A DNA stretch of 64,000 nt from positions 74,757-138,756 of the forward strand of contig DAINPP010000002.1 in the NCBI GenBank assembly GCA_036743375.1, written 5' to 3'. Under the pieces are notes generated by a model that was not told the origin of the DNA, did not search any database, and saw nothing but the letters and a program-made list of their open reading frames with translations. Below, piece by piece: positions 1-9,097 of this stretch. The position numbers were made by a program, and so were the translations under genes. The first letter of the stretch is position 1. Each line of letters opens with the position of its first letter. Origin of the DNA: Thermotogota bacterium. Lineage in GTDB: Bacteria; Thermotogota; Thermotogae; MWEM01.

Positions 1-1
1 G

Positions 2-361
2 GAGGTACAAACGCCACTCGTCAGAAATACAATTTCGAAGATTGAGGAAGATCTGTTCTTTGAAGGTGGCCTGAAACGCTATTGTGAAGATTCTTATTTT
101 GGGGGTGGGAGCTGGATTCTCCTCTCTGCGAGTCTGGCACTTTATTATCAGGAAACAGGACAAGAAGAAAAAGTTGGATTGATTGAACGATGGATAGAAA
201 GCCAGGCGGATGCGGAAATGAACCTGCCGGAACAGGTCAGTGAACACCTGCTTTTTGATGATTATTATGAAGAATGGTTAAACAAATGGGGAAAGATAGC
301 CAATCCGCTCCTCTGGTCTCATGCAAATTATATAAAATTAAGACCGTACGGATCAAATTGA
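2..361 (+). CDS. Glycoside hydrolase family 15 (glucoamylase/glucodextranase-like), C-terminal fragment; 5' end lies outside the window
   Basis: Reading frame is open from the window edge. Translation reads ...LKRYCEDSYFGGGSWILLSASLALYYQETG...WSHANYIKL, which resembles the C-terminus of the GH15 (alpha/alpha)6-barrel. Stop codon at 359-361. Confidence 0.55.
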   Translation, partial: EVQTPLVRNTISKIEEDLFFEGGLKRYCEDSYFGGGSWILLSASLALYYQETGQEEKVGLIERWIESQADAEMNLPEQVSEHLLFDDYYEEWLNKWGKIANPLLWSHANYIKLRPYGSN

Positions 362-389
362 TTCGATACCAAAAACTCTGAATATCAAT

Positions 390-436
390 CAGAATAAGAG
401 ACACCTGTTATCAGTTGACAGGTGTCTCTTATTCTG
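390..436. terminator. Perfect 19-bp inverted repeat with a 9-nt loop, downstream of the GH15 gene
   Basis: cagaataagagacacctgt (390-408) pairs with acaggtgtctcttattctg (418-436). No flanking T-run, so terminator function is tentative. Confidence 0.45.
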
Positions 437-617
437 ATCGCGCGGGAAGAAATCGTATTAACAAAATGAAATTCAAATCAATACGTTAAATTATTATATT
501 ATTTACTGTAAATTTGTTATATGATCAAAAATGTTTACGTCTTAATGTATAAGTTTTGTATATCAGTGTACTATGCGATGAGTAGATGAGAATACATGCA
601 ACTCTGAAGAAGGCTTT

Positions 618-650
618 CCCCTCCAGATATGGAGGGGATTTTTTTATTTT
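618..650 (+). terminator. Canonical intrinsic terminator on the plus strand, with no annotated plus-strand gene in front of it
   Basis: cccctcc-agatat-ggagggg, then atttttttatttt. On the minus strand the hairpin is not followed by a U-run. Confidence 0.6.
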
Positions 651-2908
651 CCGTCTCTGAAGAATCTCTCCAGCAGGGTTGGAAGGAAGGTCAGAGAGAC
701 ATAGGAACTGACCAGCATGGTGACCCACATCAGCATGGACATGTAGGTATGAAACTGCATCGGTGAAAACAGAAGTGAAGAGAGACCAAGCGCCAGTCCA
801 ACGGCGTTGGCAATCACCGGTTTTTCGACATATTCGAACGAGAGCATAGCTGCTTCCTTTGAATCGTGATCTTTGAGGAAATGTTTAAACAGGGTTGTCA
901 AATGAATAGAATAATCTATCCCGACACCTATCGTTATACTTGCCATCGTACTGGTTATAATACTGAGATCGATGGAAGCGTAGCCCATAAATCCAAACAG
1001 CGCGATCAGCGTAGCCCCAAGAGGAACAACCCCTATAAAGGCCATCTTCACACTTCTAAGCGTGAAAACCATGAGTACAAATACGAGTAAAACGGCAAGA
1101 AAGATGGACCCAACCTGATCCGGCATGATCCTGTCGTTCATCTCTTTCATGATAAAAGGCATGCCGAGAGCCTTAAAAGCCGTATGCTGATTTGAGAAGT
1201 CATTAGTCACCCGTTCTATCGTTTCGAGGGTTTCATGAGACAAGTTCTTTGGAAAGACGACGATTCTCGCCATTTTTTTATCCCTTAAAAGCGTACTCTG
1301 AACCTGTTGTGGCTGATTGACACTGAACAGATTGTATATCAGACCGATACGGACCTCATTATCCGGATAGGTACCTTCATCCGCGCCAAAAACGAGCGTA
1401 TTCAAAGTGGAGAAGATATCGTATATCGATAAGGTTCTTGATACGACGCCCTCATCCCTCAGCGTCTTTTCCAGCTCCAGCACCACGGATGCCGTATCCG
1501 GCATTATGGGATCTTCATCACACTTTATTTCGATGAACAGTGGAATGGCCCCTCCACTGATCCGGGAAATTGTATCTATATTTTGTCTGATCTGTGTCCG
1601 TCCCTTATAGATGTTAATCATGTTCAGATCCGTCTTGATCATAAGAATCCCCGGAATAAAGAGGAGACAGATCAACACCGTGATGATCACCGATCGTCTT
1701 CCCATACTCCCCCTGAGGATTGGAGAGATGGGATCAAAAACAGGATTTGTCTTCTCCTTCACCTTTCCGATGTTTTTCATGCCAACACAGATAACCGGCA
1801 GAAAGACCCACGTTGCAAGACCTGCCAGGGCAATACCAATACTCGCCGTCATCGCCAGTTGTCTCATCGGAGCCGATTGAATGACAAGAAGAGACATAAA
1901 TCCAGCCACCGTTGTAAGTGTGGTCAGAATCATCGCCCAGCCAACCCGCAGGAGTGTTCCGACCAGGGCTTGCTTGATAGTGGCTCCTTTTTTCATCTCA
2001 TCTTGAATATGTGAGATAAAATGCAAGCCATCCGCACTCCCCATTACAATTGTGAAAACGGGTGTCAAAACGGTGATGACTGAGAGTTCCAGTGAAGTCC
2101 ATCCAAGTAGTCCCATCGTCCAAAGTGCCCCAATTCCCGCGGGAAGGATAGATAAAAAAGTACTTTTCATATTCCCAAGCTTCCACCTGAAGATGATCAG
2201 GAGGAAAAAAAGGGCAAACGGCGGAATGATGAAGATGATCTGAAGGATGTACGTAAGGATAGAGGACTGAAGATAATAATCCCCAGAATTGTAATAATCA
2301 AGTCCGCTGCCGGAAACATAATCGAGTACCTTTTGAGCCACTTCCTCATTTTTTTCAGGAACAGGAGAAACGATGAAGAGGCCATAGTCCCCGTCAGCTT
2401 CACGATACAGGGCTTTCAGACTACCCAGTTCGTCGATGTAGTTCATAATCGTCTGAGCATTCGAATCATCTATCTCTTCTATGGGTTTCGTTCCAAATCC
2501 CGATGGAATCATTGGAGGAACCGGACCACTCACAAATTTAACCCCTTCTATATCGTTAAGGGCCCCTTGTATCTCAAAGAATTCCCTTAGCATCCCCGTT
2601 GTGTCCGCCGCCGATGACCGTATGAGAAAGACAAGCTGCTCGCTACTGCCAAAATCCGCTATCATCTCTTCATAGGCGTTCATGGCCTTTGAATGTTCCG
2701 GCATAAACAGGGTAAAATCGGTATTTATCCTTATCCTGAAAATCCCTACCAGTGAAAGAATGTTTATCAGTACGAATATTACGATGAAGGACTTTCTTCT
2801 CCGGCTGATCAACTCAACAAAGTTGTCATAAAATTTCATAGGCGTTCTCTCCTTTGTATAAATTCTGTTCTGAAATGGATTGATCTTCAAATCCGCTCTT
2901 TTCACCAA
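644..2908 (-). CDS. RND-superfamily exporter (MMPL/COG1033-type, two 6-TM bundles)
   Basis: 754 aa with two hydrophobic 6-TM blocks separated by large soluble loops. N-terminal region reads ...MPEHSKAMNAYEEMIADFGSSEQLVFL, typical of predicted RND/MMPL exporters. Confidence 0.7.
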   Translation of the reverse strand: MVKRADLKINPFQNRIYTKERTPMKFYDNFVELISRRRKSFIVIFVLINILSLVGIFRIRINTDFTLFMPEHSKAMNAYEEMIADFGSSEQLVFLIRSSAADTTGMLREFFEIQGALNDIEGVKFVSGPVPPMIPSGFGTKPIEEIDDSNAQTIMNYIDELGSLKALYREADGDYGLFIVSPVPEKNEEVAQKVLDYVSGSGLDYYNSGDYYLQSSILTYILQIIFIIPPFALFFLLIIFRWKLGNMKSTFLSILPAGIGALWTMGLLGWTSLELSVITVLTPVFTIVMGSADGLHFISHIQDEMKKGATIKQALVGTLLRVGWAMILTTLTTVAGFMSLLVIQSAPMRQLAMTASIGIALAGLATWVFLPVICVGMKNIGKVKEKTNPVFDPISPILRGSMGRRSVIITVLICLLFIPGILMIKTDLNMINIYKGRTQIRQNIDTISRISGGAIPLFIEIKCDEDPIMPDTASVVLELEKTLRDEGVVSRTLSIYDIFSTLNTLVFGADEGTYPDNEVRIGLIYNLFSVNQPQQVQSTLLRDKKMARIVVFPKNLSHETLETIERVTNDFSNQHTAFKALGMPFIMKEMNDRIMPDQVGSIFLAVLLVFVLMVFTLRSVKMAFIGVVPLGATLIALFGFMGYASIDLSIITSTMASITIGVGIDYSIHLTTLFKHFLKDHDSKEAAMLSFEYVEKPVIANAVGLALGLSSLLFSPMQFHTYMSMLMWVTMLVSSYVSLTFLPTLLERFFRDGK

Positions 2909-2978
2909 AATAATGTTCCTTATGGCGGAACTTTCAACGATCAGTCATCCCAAGGCAATCATACAGAATTATTGACGA

Positions 2979-3767
2979 TTACGCTTCTAAAAAACTGCTG
3001 TCTTTGATCATCTCGCTCATCGGCAGTCCCGTGAGTTTCCGGCACGTGTCCGCAAGATGAGAAGCACTGTAAAAACCGGATTCCACAGCGGCCTCCGTTA
3101 TACTCTTTCCCCGATAAAGCAACTCATAGGCCTTCTTAACCCTGATCAGCACCAAATAACTTTTCAAAGGAATCCCGGTTTCTTCCTTAAAGAGATGTGA
3201 CAAACGACTTTCTGACAGAAACAGACTCTTCGACAAATCACCCGTCGTACTTTTAAGATGTGAAAATCGGTTGATTTCATCCAACAGGGTTCTGATTCTG
3301 TCATCCATCCCCTTCACCTCAAAGTTTTCAATCCCGAGAAAACCGGACAATTGTTTGCAAAACAGGGTAAATGAAGTATTGTCCGGTGTCTCCAGAAAGG
3401 GATCAAACAGATCATCATTACCACTCAGATCAATGATTCCATACCCGTTCTCTTTTATAAACAAATCGTGAAGTCTTTCCGCAAGTACCGTGGTAGAATC
3501 GATACAAGCTATAAAAATCCGTACATCTGTCCCGTAAAACGCATGGGGAATATTTGAATCTACCACCACACAATTGCCGATCACCCGCTGATCATTCACC
3601 GACAGGTGGGTTCTCCTCCTATGAGTGTAGAACAAATGGAGCATCTGATGCTTATGCTCATAGACGCTGATAGCATCAGCCACGATAGCAATCATGCTTT
3701 TAGACCAGAATACTTTCTTCACCGTATCATCCTTTTTATAAAAACAATTAAGAAATCGCCAGATCAT
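2979..3767 (-). CDS. AraC-family transcriptional regulator
   Basis: C-terminal double HTH (LSHLFKEETGIPLKSYLVLIRVKKAYELL...ITEAAVESGFYSASHLADTCRKLTGLPMSE). It sits 70 bp upstream of the exporter on the same strand and is divergent from the two-component system. Confidence 0.8.
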   Translation of the reverse strand: MIWRFLNCFYKKDDTVKKVFWSKSMIAIVADAISVYEHKHQMLHLFYTHRRRTHLSVNDQRVIGNCVVVDSNIPHAFYGTDVRIFIACIDSTTVLAERLHDLFIKENGYGIIDLSGNDDLFDPFLETPDNTSFTLFCKQLSGFLGIENFEVKGMDDRIRTLLDEINRFSHLKSTTGDLSKSLFLSESRLSHLFKEETGIPLKSYLVLIRVKKAYELLYRGKSITEAAVESGFYSASHLADTCRKLTGLPMSEMIKDSSFLEA

Positions 3768-3924
3768 TTAAACGGCCTTCTTATGGACTTTAGTATAACA
3801 TCTTCTTTTGTCCATCCGATTAAAGACAACGCCGTACCGCTTGAAGTTTCTCATCAACATCACAAAATAATCATAATATTCCTTTATAATCGATTGTAAG
3901 ATAAAAAAGACGGGTGATGAATGG

Positions 3925-4587
3925 ATGAAAAAGAAGATTTTAATTGCGGATGATGAAGACAGAATGAGAAGATTGATAAAAGACTTTCTGACAAGGAGTG
4001 GTTACGAAGTCATAGAAGCCGCTGACGGGCAAGAGGCATTGGAAAAATTTGAAAGTTCCAAGGCGGATCTTGCCGTATTGGATGTCATGATGCCGGTTTA
4101 CGACGGATGGGAAGTCTGTGCCGAGATAAAGGAGATTTCCGAAATTCCGGTCATCATGCTGACGGCCCTTGACGGAGAAGATGATGAGATTTTCAGTTTA
4201 AAGAACGGAGCGGATGATTATATGCCCAAACCGTTCAGTCCAAAGGTCCTTATAGCGAGAATAGAAAATCTCCTGAAACGAAATGCGGACGAAGAAGAGG
4301 TCGTGGAGATTGAAGGTGTTAAAATAGAGGTGAACGCGAGAAGAGTGTTTCTCGGCGATGAAGAGATTCCGCTCAGCCCAAAGGAATTCGAACTGCTTAT
4401 CTACCTGTATCAGAATTGCGAAAAGGCCTTAAAAAGGGATAAGATTCTCAACGAAGTCTGGGGGTACGATTACTTTGGTGATCCAAGAACCGTTGACACA
4501 CATATCAAGAGCATCAGAAAGAAGCTTGAACCATTGAAAGATCATATAAATACCGTCAGGGGAGTGGGTTACCGATTCGATATATAA
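3925..4587 (+). CDS. Response regulator, OmpR/PhoB winged-helix family
   Basis: Receiver motifs (ADDEDRMR...LDVMMPVYDGW...KPF) and a C-terminal winged-helix domain (TVDTHIKSIRKKLE...VRGVGYRF). Confidence 0.9.
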   Translation: MKKKILIADDEDRMRRLIKDFLTRSGYEVIEAADGQEALEKFESSKADLAVLDVMMPVYDGWEVCAEIKEISEIPVIMLTALDGEDDEIFSLKNGADDYMPKPFSPKVLIARIENLLKRNADEEEVVEIEGVKIEVNARRVFLGDEEIPLSPKEFELLIYLYQNCEKALKRDKILNEVWGYDYFGDPRTVDTHIKSIRKKLEPLKDHINTVRGVGYRFDI

Positions 4588-4616
4588 ACAGACACAAGAG
4601 ATCTATATTCTTCAAA

Positions 4617-6068
4617 TTGTTCTATGAGATCACCATCATCATACTGGCATTCACCCTCCTTTTCTGGGTTTTCAGCCGTATTTTCATCACAAACTTCTAT
4701 CTGAGCGATACCAAAAGTGTCATGCTGCAGGAGGCAACGAATATAGATGGGATGTATGATGGTAATGTTGATAGCATCACCCTCGATCTTCTGAAACTTC
4801 AAAGGGATAAGCAGTATCATGCTTATATCTTTAATACCAGTACTGATGAAGTTTTCGATATTTTTCCCCTCGAAGTACCCGAAAACATTCAAGACAAGTA
4901 CCCTTCACTGAAGGGGAATAATTACGTCATTCAGCGCTTTTCCGCCAAGATAACGGAAGAACTTCTCAATAGGCTGAGTCGCGAAAAAATAATCTTCGAT
5001 ACGGCCAAATACGAATTTCTGGAAAGTGATATGCTTGTCCTTTATTATATGCTTGAAAATGAAGATGTGCTGATCATGGAGGCCCCCCTGTTCTCGATCA
5101 ATAAAAACTCGGATTCCGCAACCCGATTCATCATGCTCTCGGGCATGCTGCTCTTCATCTTTGGTATTCAGATCTCATTGATTTATTCGAGAATCTTCAC
5201 AAGACCCATCAAAAAATTGAAATCTATTGCCGAAAAGATGTCCAAACTGGATTTCAGCGAAAAATACACGGAAAAAAGATTTGACGAGATTGGAGAACTC
5301 GGAAACAGTATCAACATTCTCTCGGAAGAGCTCGATGGCACCATCCGAAAACTGAAAACCGAACTGGAAAAGGAAAAGAGGCTGAAGGAAAAAGAGAAAG
5401 AATTTCTTTCAAATATCTCTCATGAACTGAAGACACCGTTGGCCTTAATTCAGGGATACGCCGAAGGCCTGCAGGAATCGGTTAACGATGATGAGGAAAG
5501 CCGGGAGTACTACGCATCGGTCATCGTGGATGAAGCGAGAAGAATGGACAAACTGGTCAAGGAACTCCTCATGATCAGTCGGATGGAAAGTGAAAGAGAA
5601 ACGATCAATCCAATGAAATTCAATATCACGACCATGATAGAAAATATCATCAGAAAGCATAATCTTGAATTGAATGAAAGGGGGGTTACCGTTCACTTTG
5701 TCGAACAGGCCGTCTTTGTATATGCCGATAAATTCAAGATTTCAGAAGTTGTAGAGAATTTCTACACGAACGCCATCAAACATTGTGATTATGAAAAACT
5801 GATCATCATCCGGTTTGAGGAAAAGGGCGACCTTCTGAGGGTAAAAGTACAGAACAGCGGAAAGACCATCCCCGAGGACCAGCTTGACAAGATCTGGGAT
5901 AAATTCTATAAGGTAGATTTTGCCAGAAAACGAAATTCAGGCGGAACGGGAATTGGACTCTATGTGGTTTCGAAGATTCAGCAGCTTCATGAACAACAAT
6001 ACGGTGCGTCGAACACATCAGAAGGCGTTGAATTTTGGTTTGATATAAAACTTTCCGATGATGATTAA
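4617..6068 (+). CDS. Sensor histidine kinase (2 TM, periplasmic loop, HAMP, HisKA, HATPase)
   Basis: H-box SNISHELKTPLALIQGYAEGL, N-box NAIKH and G-box GGTGIGLYVVSKI, with two TM segments. It directly follows the response regulator. Confidence 0.85.
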   Translation: MFYEITIIILAFTLLFWVFSRIFITNFYLSDTKSVMLQEATNIDGMYDGNVDSITLDLLKLQRDKQYHAYIFNTSTDEVFDIFPLEVPENIQDKYPSLKGNNYVIQRFSAKITEELLNRLSREKIIFDTAKYEFLESDMLVLYYMLENEDVLIMEAPLFSINKNSDSATRFIMLSGMLLFIFGIQISLIYSRIFTRPIKKLKSIAEKMSKLDFSEKYTEKRFDEIGELGNSINILSEELDGTIRKLKTELEKEKRLKEKEKEFLSNISHELKTPLALIQGYAEGLQESVNDDEESREYYASVIVDEARRMDKLVKELLMISRMESERETINPMKFNITTMIENIIRKHNLELNERGVTVHFVEQAVFVYADKFKISEVVENFYTNAIKHCDYEKLIIIRFEEKGDLLRVKVQNSGKTIPEDQLDKIWDKFYKVDFARKRNSGGTGIGLYVVSKIQQLHEQQYGASNTSEGVEFWFDIKLSDDD

Positions 6069-6101
6069 AAATTGTATTTATAATAGAAAATAATTTAAAT
6101 T

Positions 6102-6144
6102 GAGATAAAAAAATCCACTGTTTAAAAGTGGATTTTTTTATCTC
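6102..6144. terminator. Bidirectional intrinsic terminator after the histidine kinase gene
   Basis: 18-bp stem gagataaaaaaatccact / agtggatttttttatctc, with A-run and T-run arms. Confidence 0.7.
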
Positions 6145-6373
6145 ATAGCTTATACCCCATGACTTCCCCTTTCTTCCCCCTGAAAGCGTTTGCCACAACG
6201 AGAACGCCTGAACATTCTTTAACAAATAAACAAGAACAGCTGAATAATTAAAACAAACTCCCGAAAAAACAACTCCCGTAAGTGATTTCCGAAAAACATT
6301 TTCTGATACATGCAAAAAAAGAACCGAGAAATCAATATTATAAATTTTAATATGAATAATTTTAATTATAAAC

Positions 6374-6402
6374 TTGACATTTTTTAATTGATAGTGTATA
6401 TT
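6374..6402 (+). promoter_or_regulatory. Sigma-70-type promoter of the MFS gene (TTGACA-N17-TATATT)
   Basis: TTGACA at 6374-6379 and TATATT at 6397-6402. Confidence 0.55.
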
Positions 6403-6430
6403 ACTACCGAAACAGAAAAATTATTATCAT

Positions 6431-7717
6431 TTGGTGGTGAATCACATGGAACACGAGAAGAGAAATTTCTGGCTACTGGTATTCGGAAGAATGGTATCCT
6501 TGATAGGTTCGGGAATACAGCAGGTAGCTATTCCACTTTATATCCTGGATTTAACCGGATCGGGGACCATAATGGGGACGTTTGTCCTGCTGACAAACCT
6601 GCCGAGAATCGTATTCGGACCCTTTGCAGGCGTTCTCGGAGACCGATTCAACAGAAAAAGAATCATGGTCTACATGGATCTCGCAAGAGGCGCTGTCATT
6701 CTGATCATGGCTCTTCTCGCAAGGATGGGTTCACTCGAAATCGTAGGACTGATGATCATGCAGGTCCTGATCTCCACATTCGACATCACCTTTGACCCGG
6801 CAACCGGTGCAATGATAGCGGATATCATTCCGTCTGAAAAACTCAATCGGGCAAATTCGATACTGCAGGGTGTGAACAGCGCCTGTTATATTGTCGGACC
6901 TGCACTTGGCGGTATCCTGTACGCAATAATCGGAATTGAAGCGGTATTTCTGGCAAATGGGATTTCCTTTATCCTCTCTGGGATCACGGAAATGTTCATC
7001 GTTTACAAACAGACAACCGAAAGAAAAAAAATCTCTGTTAAAAGCACCTTTACCGATATAAAGGATGGCTTTGTCTATCTCGCGTCCATTCCGGGGCTGA
7101 TTATGCTGCTGACATTCGCCATGCTGTCAAATTTTCTTTACAGTGGAATATTCAGCGTTGTGCTGCCATTCTTCACAAGAGAAGTAGTAGGGTTCTCAGC
7201 ACAGCAATACGGCTATCTTGAAACAACCTGGGTAATAGGGATTCTCATAGGAAATATCATACTCGGGGCCTTCCTCGCAAAGAAAAAGGCGACCTCACTC
7301 TTTAAAACGGGAATAATGGCAGAAGCATTCCTGTTCATGATCTTTACGGCAATCGTATTCCCGCAGCTGACCGCCTTCTTTGGCGGTAATTCCTGGACTT
7401 ATTTCTTCATCATAGCCATATTATTTATTTCCATGGGCATCTTTAACGCGCTGGTAAACACCCCCATGCTGACCATGTTCCAGAAAAAGGTAGAAAGTAC
7501 TTACAGATCAAGAGTCTTTTCGGTCATTTCCGTACTGGCACAACTGATCACACCGATTGGAGCCTTCCTGTACGGACTAGGACTCGACCGATTTGAAACG
7601 CATCATCTGATCCTTTTTGCAGGCGGTGCAAATCTCATCATTACCGTTGCCTTCCTGTTTATAGGGATGACAAAGGCTCTGGAAGACAAGGAAGAATTAC
7701 AAACGGCTACAAAGTGA
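6431..7717 (+). CDS. MFS transporter (12 TM)
   Basis: Polytopic hydrophobic profile with an MFS-like loop motif GDRFNRKRIM between TM2 and TM3. A TTGACA-N17-TATATT promoter lies upstream. Alternative start at 6446. Confidence 0.75.
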   Translation: MVVNHMEHEKRNFWLLVFGRMVSLIGSGIQQVAIPLYILDLTGSGTIMGTFVLLTNLPRIVFGPFAGVLGDRFNRKRIMVYMDLARGAVILIMALLARMGSLEIVGLMIMQVLISTFDITFDPATGAMIADIIPSEKLNRANSILQGVNSACYIVGPALGGILYAIIGIEAVFLANGISFILSGITEMFIVYKQTTERKKISVKSTFTDIKDGFVYLASIPGLIMLLTFAMLSNFLYSGIFSVVLPFFTREVVGFSAQQYGYLETTWVIGILIGNIILGAFLAKKKATSLFKTGIMAEAFLFMIFTAIVFPQLTAFFGGNSWTYFFIIAILFISMGIFNALVNTPMLTMFQKKVESTYRSRVFSVISVLAQLITPIGAFLYGLGLDRFETHHLILFAGGANLIITVAFLFIGMTKALEDKEELQTATK

Positions 7718-7748
7718 AACAAAACTCTCATAATAAAATGTTTATCCT

Positions 7749-7781
7749 GCGGTGTGTTCAAAAGGACACACCGCCTTTTTT
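7749..7781 (+). terminator. Intrinsic terminator after the MFS gene
   Basis: gcggtgtgt-tcaaaagg-acacaccgc, then cttttttc. Confidence 0.75.
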
Positions 7782-7782
7782 C

Positions 7783-8754
7783 TCATATTGAAATGATGAC
7801 ATTTCCCGTTTTATGACCCTTTCCCACATATCTGAACGCTTCCACAATATCTTGAAGTTCATATCTCTTATCCACCACTTCTTCGATAGCCCCACTTTCT
7901 GCCATCTCATTCAATCGTTCAAGGATCTGTCTCTTCTCAGGATTCTTCTTTAATCCGGTTGCAGCAAACAACGCCTGTTTCCCTTTATATTTTGATCTGA
8001 AAAGCCTATGCATCAGGATATCAGGAGTTGGAAAGGTCGTCATATAAACTCCATTCTCTTTCAAGTTTTTTTTACATTTTGCAAAGGAAGATTTTGCCGC
8101 AACATCAAATATCACATCATATTTTCCGTTACCCCTTGTAATATCCGTTTTCGTATAATCAATCACATGAACTGCTCCGAGACTTCTCACAAGTTCAATA
8201 TGCTTCGTACTGCATACGCCTGTCACTTCGGCACCGAAATAGTTCGATAGTTGAACCGCATGACTGCCAACTGAACCGGAAGCGCCGATAATCATTATTT
8301 TCTGGTCTTTTTTTATATCGATAAGTCCCTTCAGGAAACCATATGCCGTTAATCCGCCATCACAGATCCCCGCCGCCGTACCATATTGCAACCGATCAGG
8401 TTTCTTGACGATGGCTGAATTCTCACCGATACAGATGTATTCCGCATAAGCTCCGAGTTTCATCCCGGCAGAGCCGTAAACCCGGTCACCCGGTTTAAAT
8501 CCGGTCACGTTAGAACCAGTTTTTTCCACTATGCCGCCAAAAATCTCTCCCGGAATCTTTTTTCTCGGTCTTATCAGCCCGGTAAAGACCCTTGATACAA
8601 CCGGACTGCCTTTCCCAAAAACACAGTCCGTTGGTGTGACAACCGCCTCCTTCACCCTGATCAGAACTTGTTCATCCGTGGGTTCAGGTCTTTTAACATC
8701 CATCACCTTAAGGACTTCCGGACCTCCATAACTCGTTAAGACTGCCGCTCTCAT
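7783..8754 (-). CDS. Zinc-type alcohol dehydrogenase/NADPH:quinone oxidoreductase (MDR superfamily)
   Basis: MRAAVLTSYGGPEVLKVMDVKRPEP...QVLIRVKEAVV plus a Rossmann GASGSVGSHAVQL motif. Its ATG overlaps the upstream small ORF stop as ATGA. Confidence 0.8.
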   Translation of the reverse strand: MRAAVLTSYGGPEVLKVMDVKRPEPTDEQVLIRVKEAVVTPTDCVFGKGSPVVSRVFTGLIRPRKKIPGEIFGGIVEKTGSNVTGFKPGDRVYGSAGMKLGAYAEYICIGENSAIVKKPDRLQYGTAAGICDGGLTAYGFLKGLIDIKKDQKIMIIGASGSVGSHAVQLSNYFGAEVTGVCSTKHIELVRSLGAVHVIDYTKTDITRGNGKYDVIFDVAAKSSFAKCKKNLKENGVYMTTFPTPDILMHRLFRSKYKGKQALFAATGLKKNPEKRQILERLNEMAESGAIEEVVDKRYELQDIVEAFRYVGKGHKTGNVIISI

Positions 8755-8975
8755 ATGTATCCTCCTCTCTTTCCAACGTTCTCTTCCCGATTAACTGAAA
8801 GCAGACAGATTCCCCTTTCCTGTAAACGCTTCAGTATTCCAAACAACGCTGCCTGATCCTGAATCTCTCCCCGTATTTCCGTAATCCCCTTCTCCTCATG
8901 GGTTACATCAAAATCCTCAAGCCAGAAGGCATTCGCTTTATCGAGATGTCCCCTGACTTTTATCACGTAGAGCAT
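8751..8975 (-). CDS. Hypothetical small protein (74 aa), translationally coupled to the oxidoreductase
   Basis: Strong SD (GGGAGAGGAGGA) upstream. Its stop overlaps the oxidoreductase ATG (ATGA). No family recognised. Confidence 0.45.
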   Translation of the reverse strand: MLYVIKVRGHLDKANAFWLEDFDVTHEEKGITEIRGEIQDQAALFGILKRLQERGICLLSVNREENVGKRGGYI

Positions 8976-9032
8976 TTTCCTCCTCTCCCTTCGATTGTTA
9001 AAAAAAGTCTACCGCTTACAACTTGAGGATAT

Positions 9033-9060
9033 CAAAAAAAAGTACCTGTAAACAGGTACT
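9033..9060 (-). terminator. Intrinsic terminator after the MalT-like regulator gene (minus strand)
   Basis: On the minus strand: aagtacctg-ttta-caggtact, then tttttttt. Confidence 0.7.
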
Positions 9061-9062
9061 TT

Positions 9063-9087
9063 AGTACTGTATTTGAGTATTGTATTT
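9063..9087. repeat. Tandem 12-bp direct repeat AGTACTGTATTT g AGTATTGTATTT
   Basis: It lies between the malT-like terminator and the promoter region of the small-protein/oxidoreductase operon. Confidence 0.35.
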
Positions 9088-9097
9088 CCGGAAATTA

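Noticed and set aside
525-728. 67-aa minus-strand ORF spanning the RND gene stop and the orphan terminator.
   Set aside because: It runs through the terminator hairpin and T-run, has no SD and no family resemblance.
6388-6795. 135-aa ORF overlapping the start of the MFS gene in another frame.
   Set aside because: Its Arg/His-rich translation is typical of an off-frame reading of a membrane-protein gene. The MFS frame is the real one.
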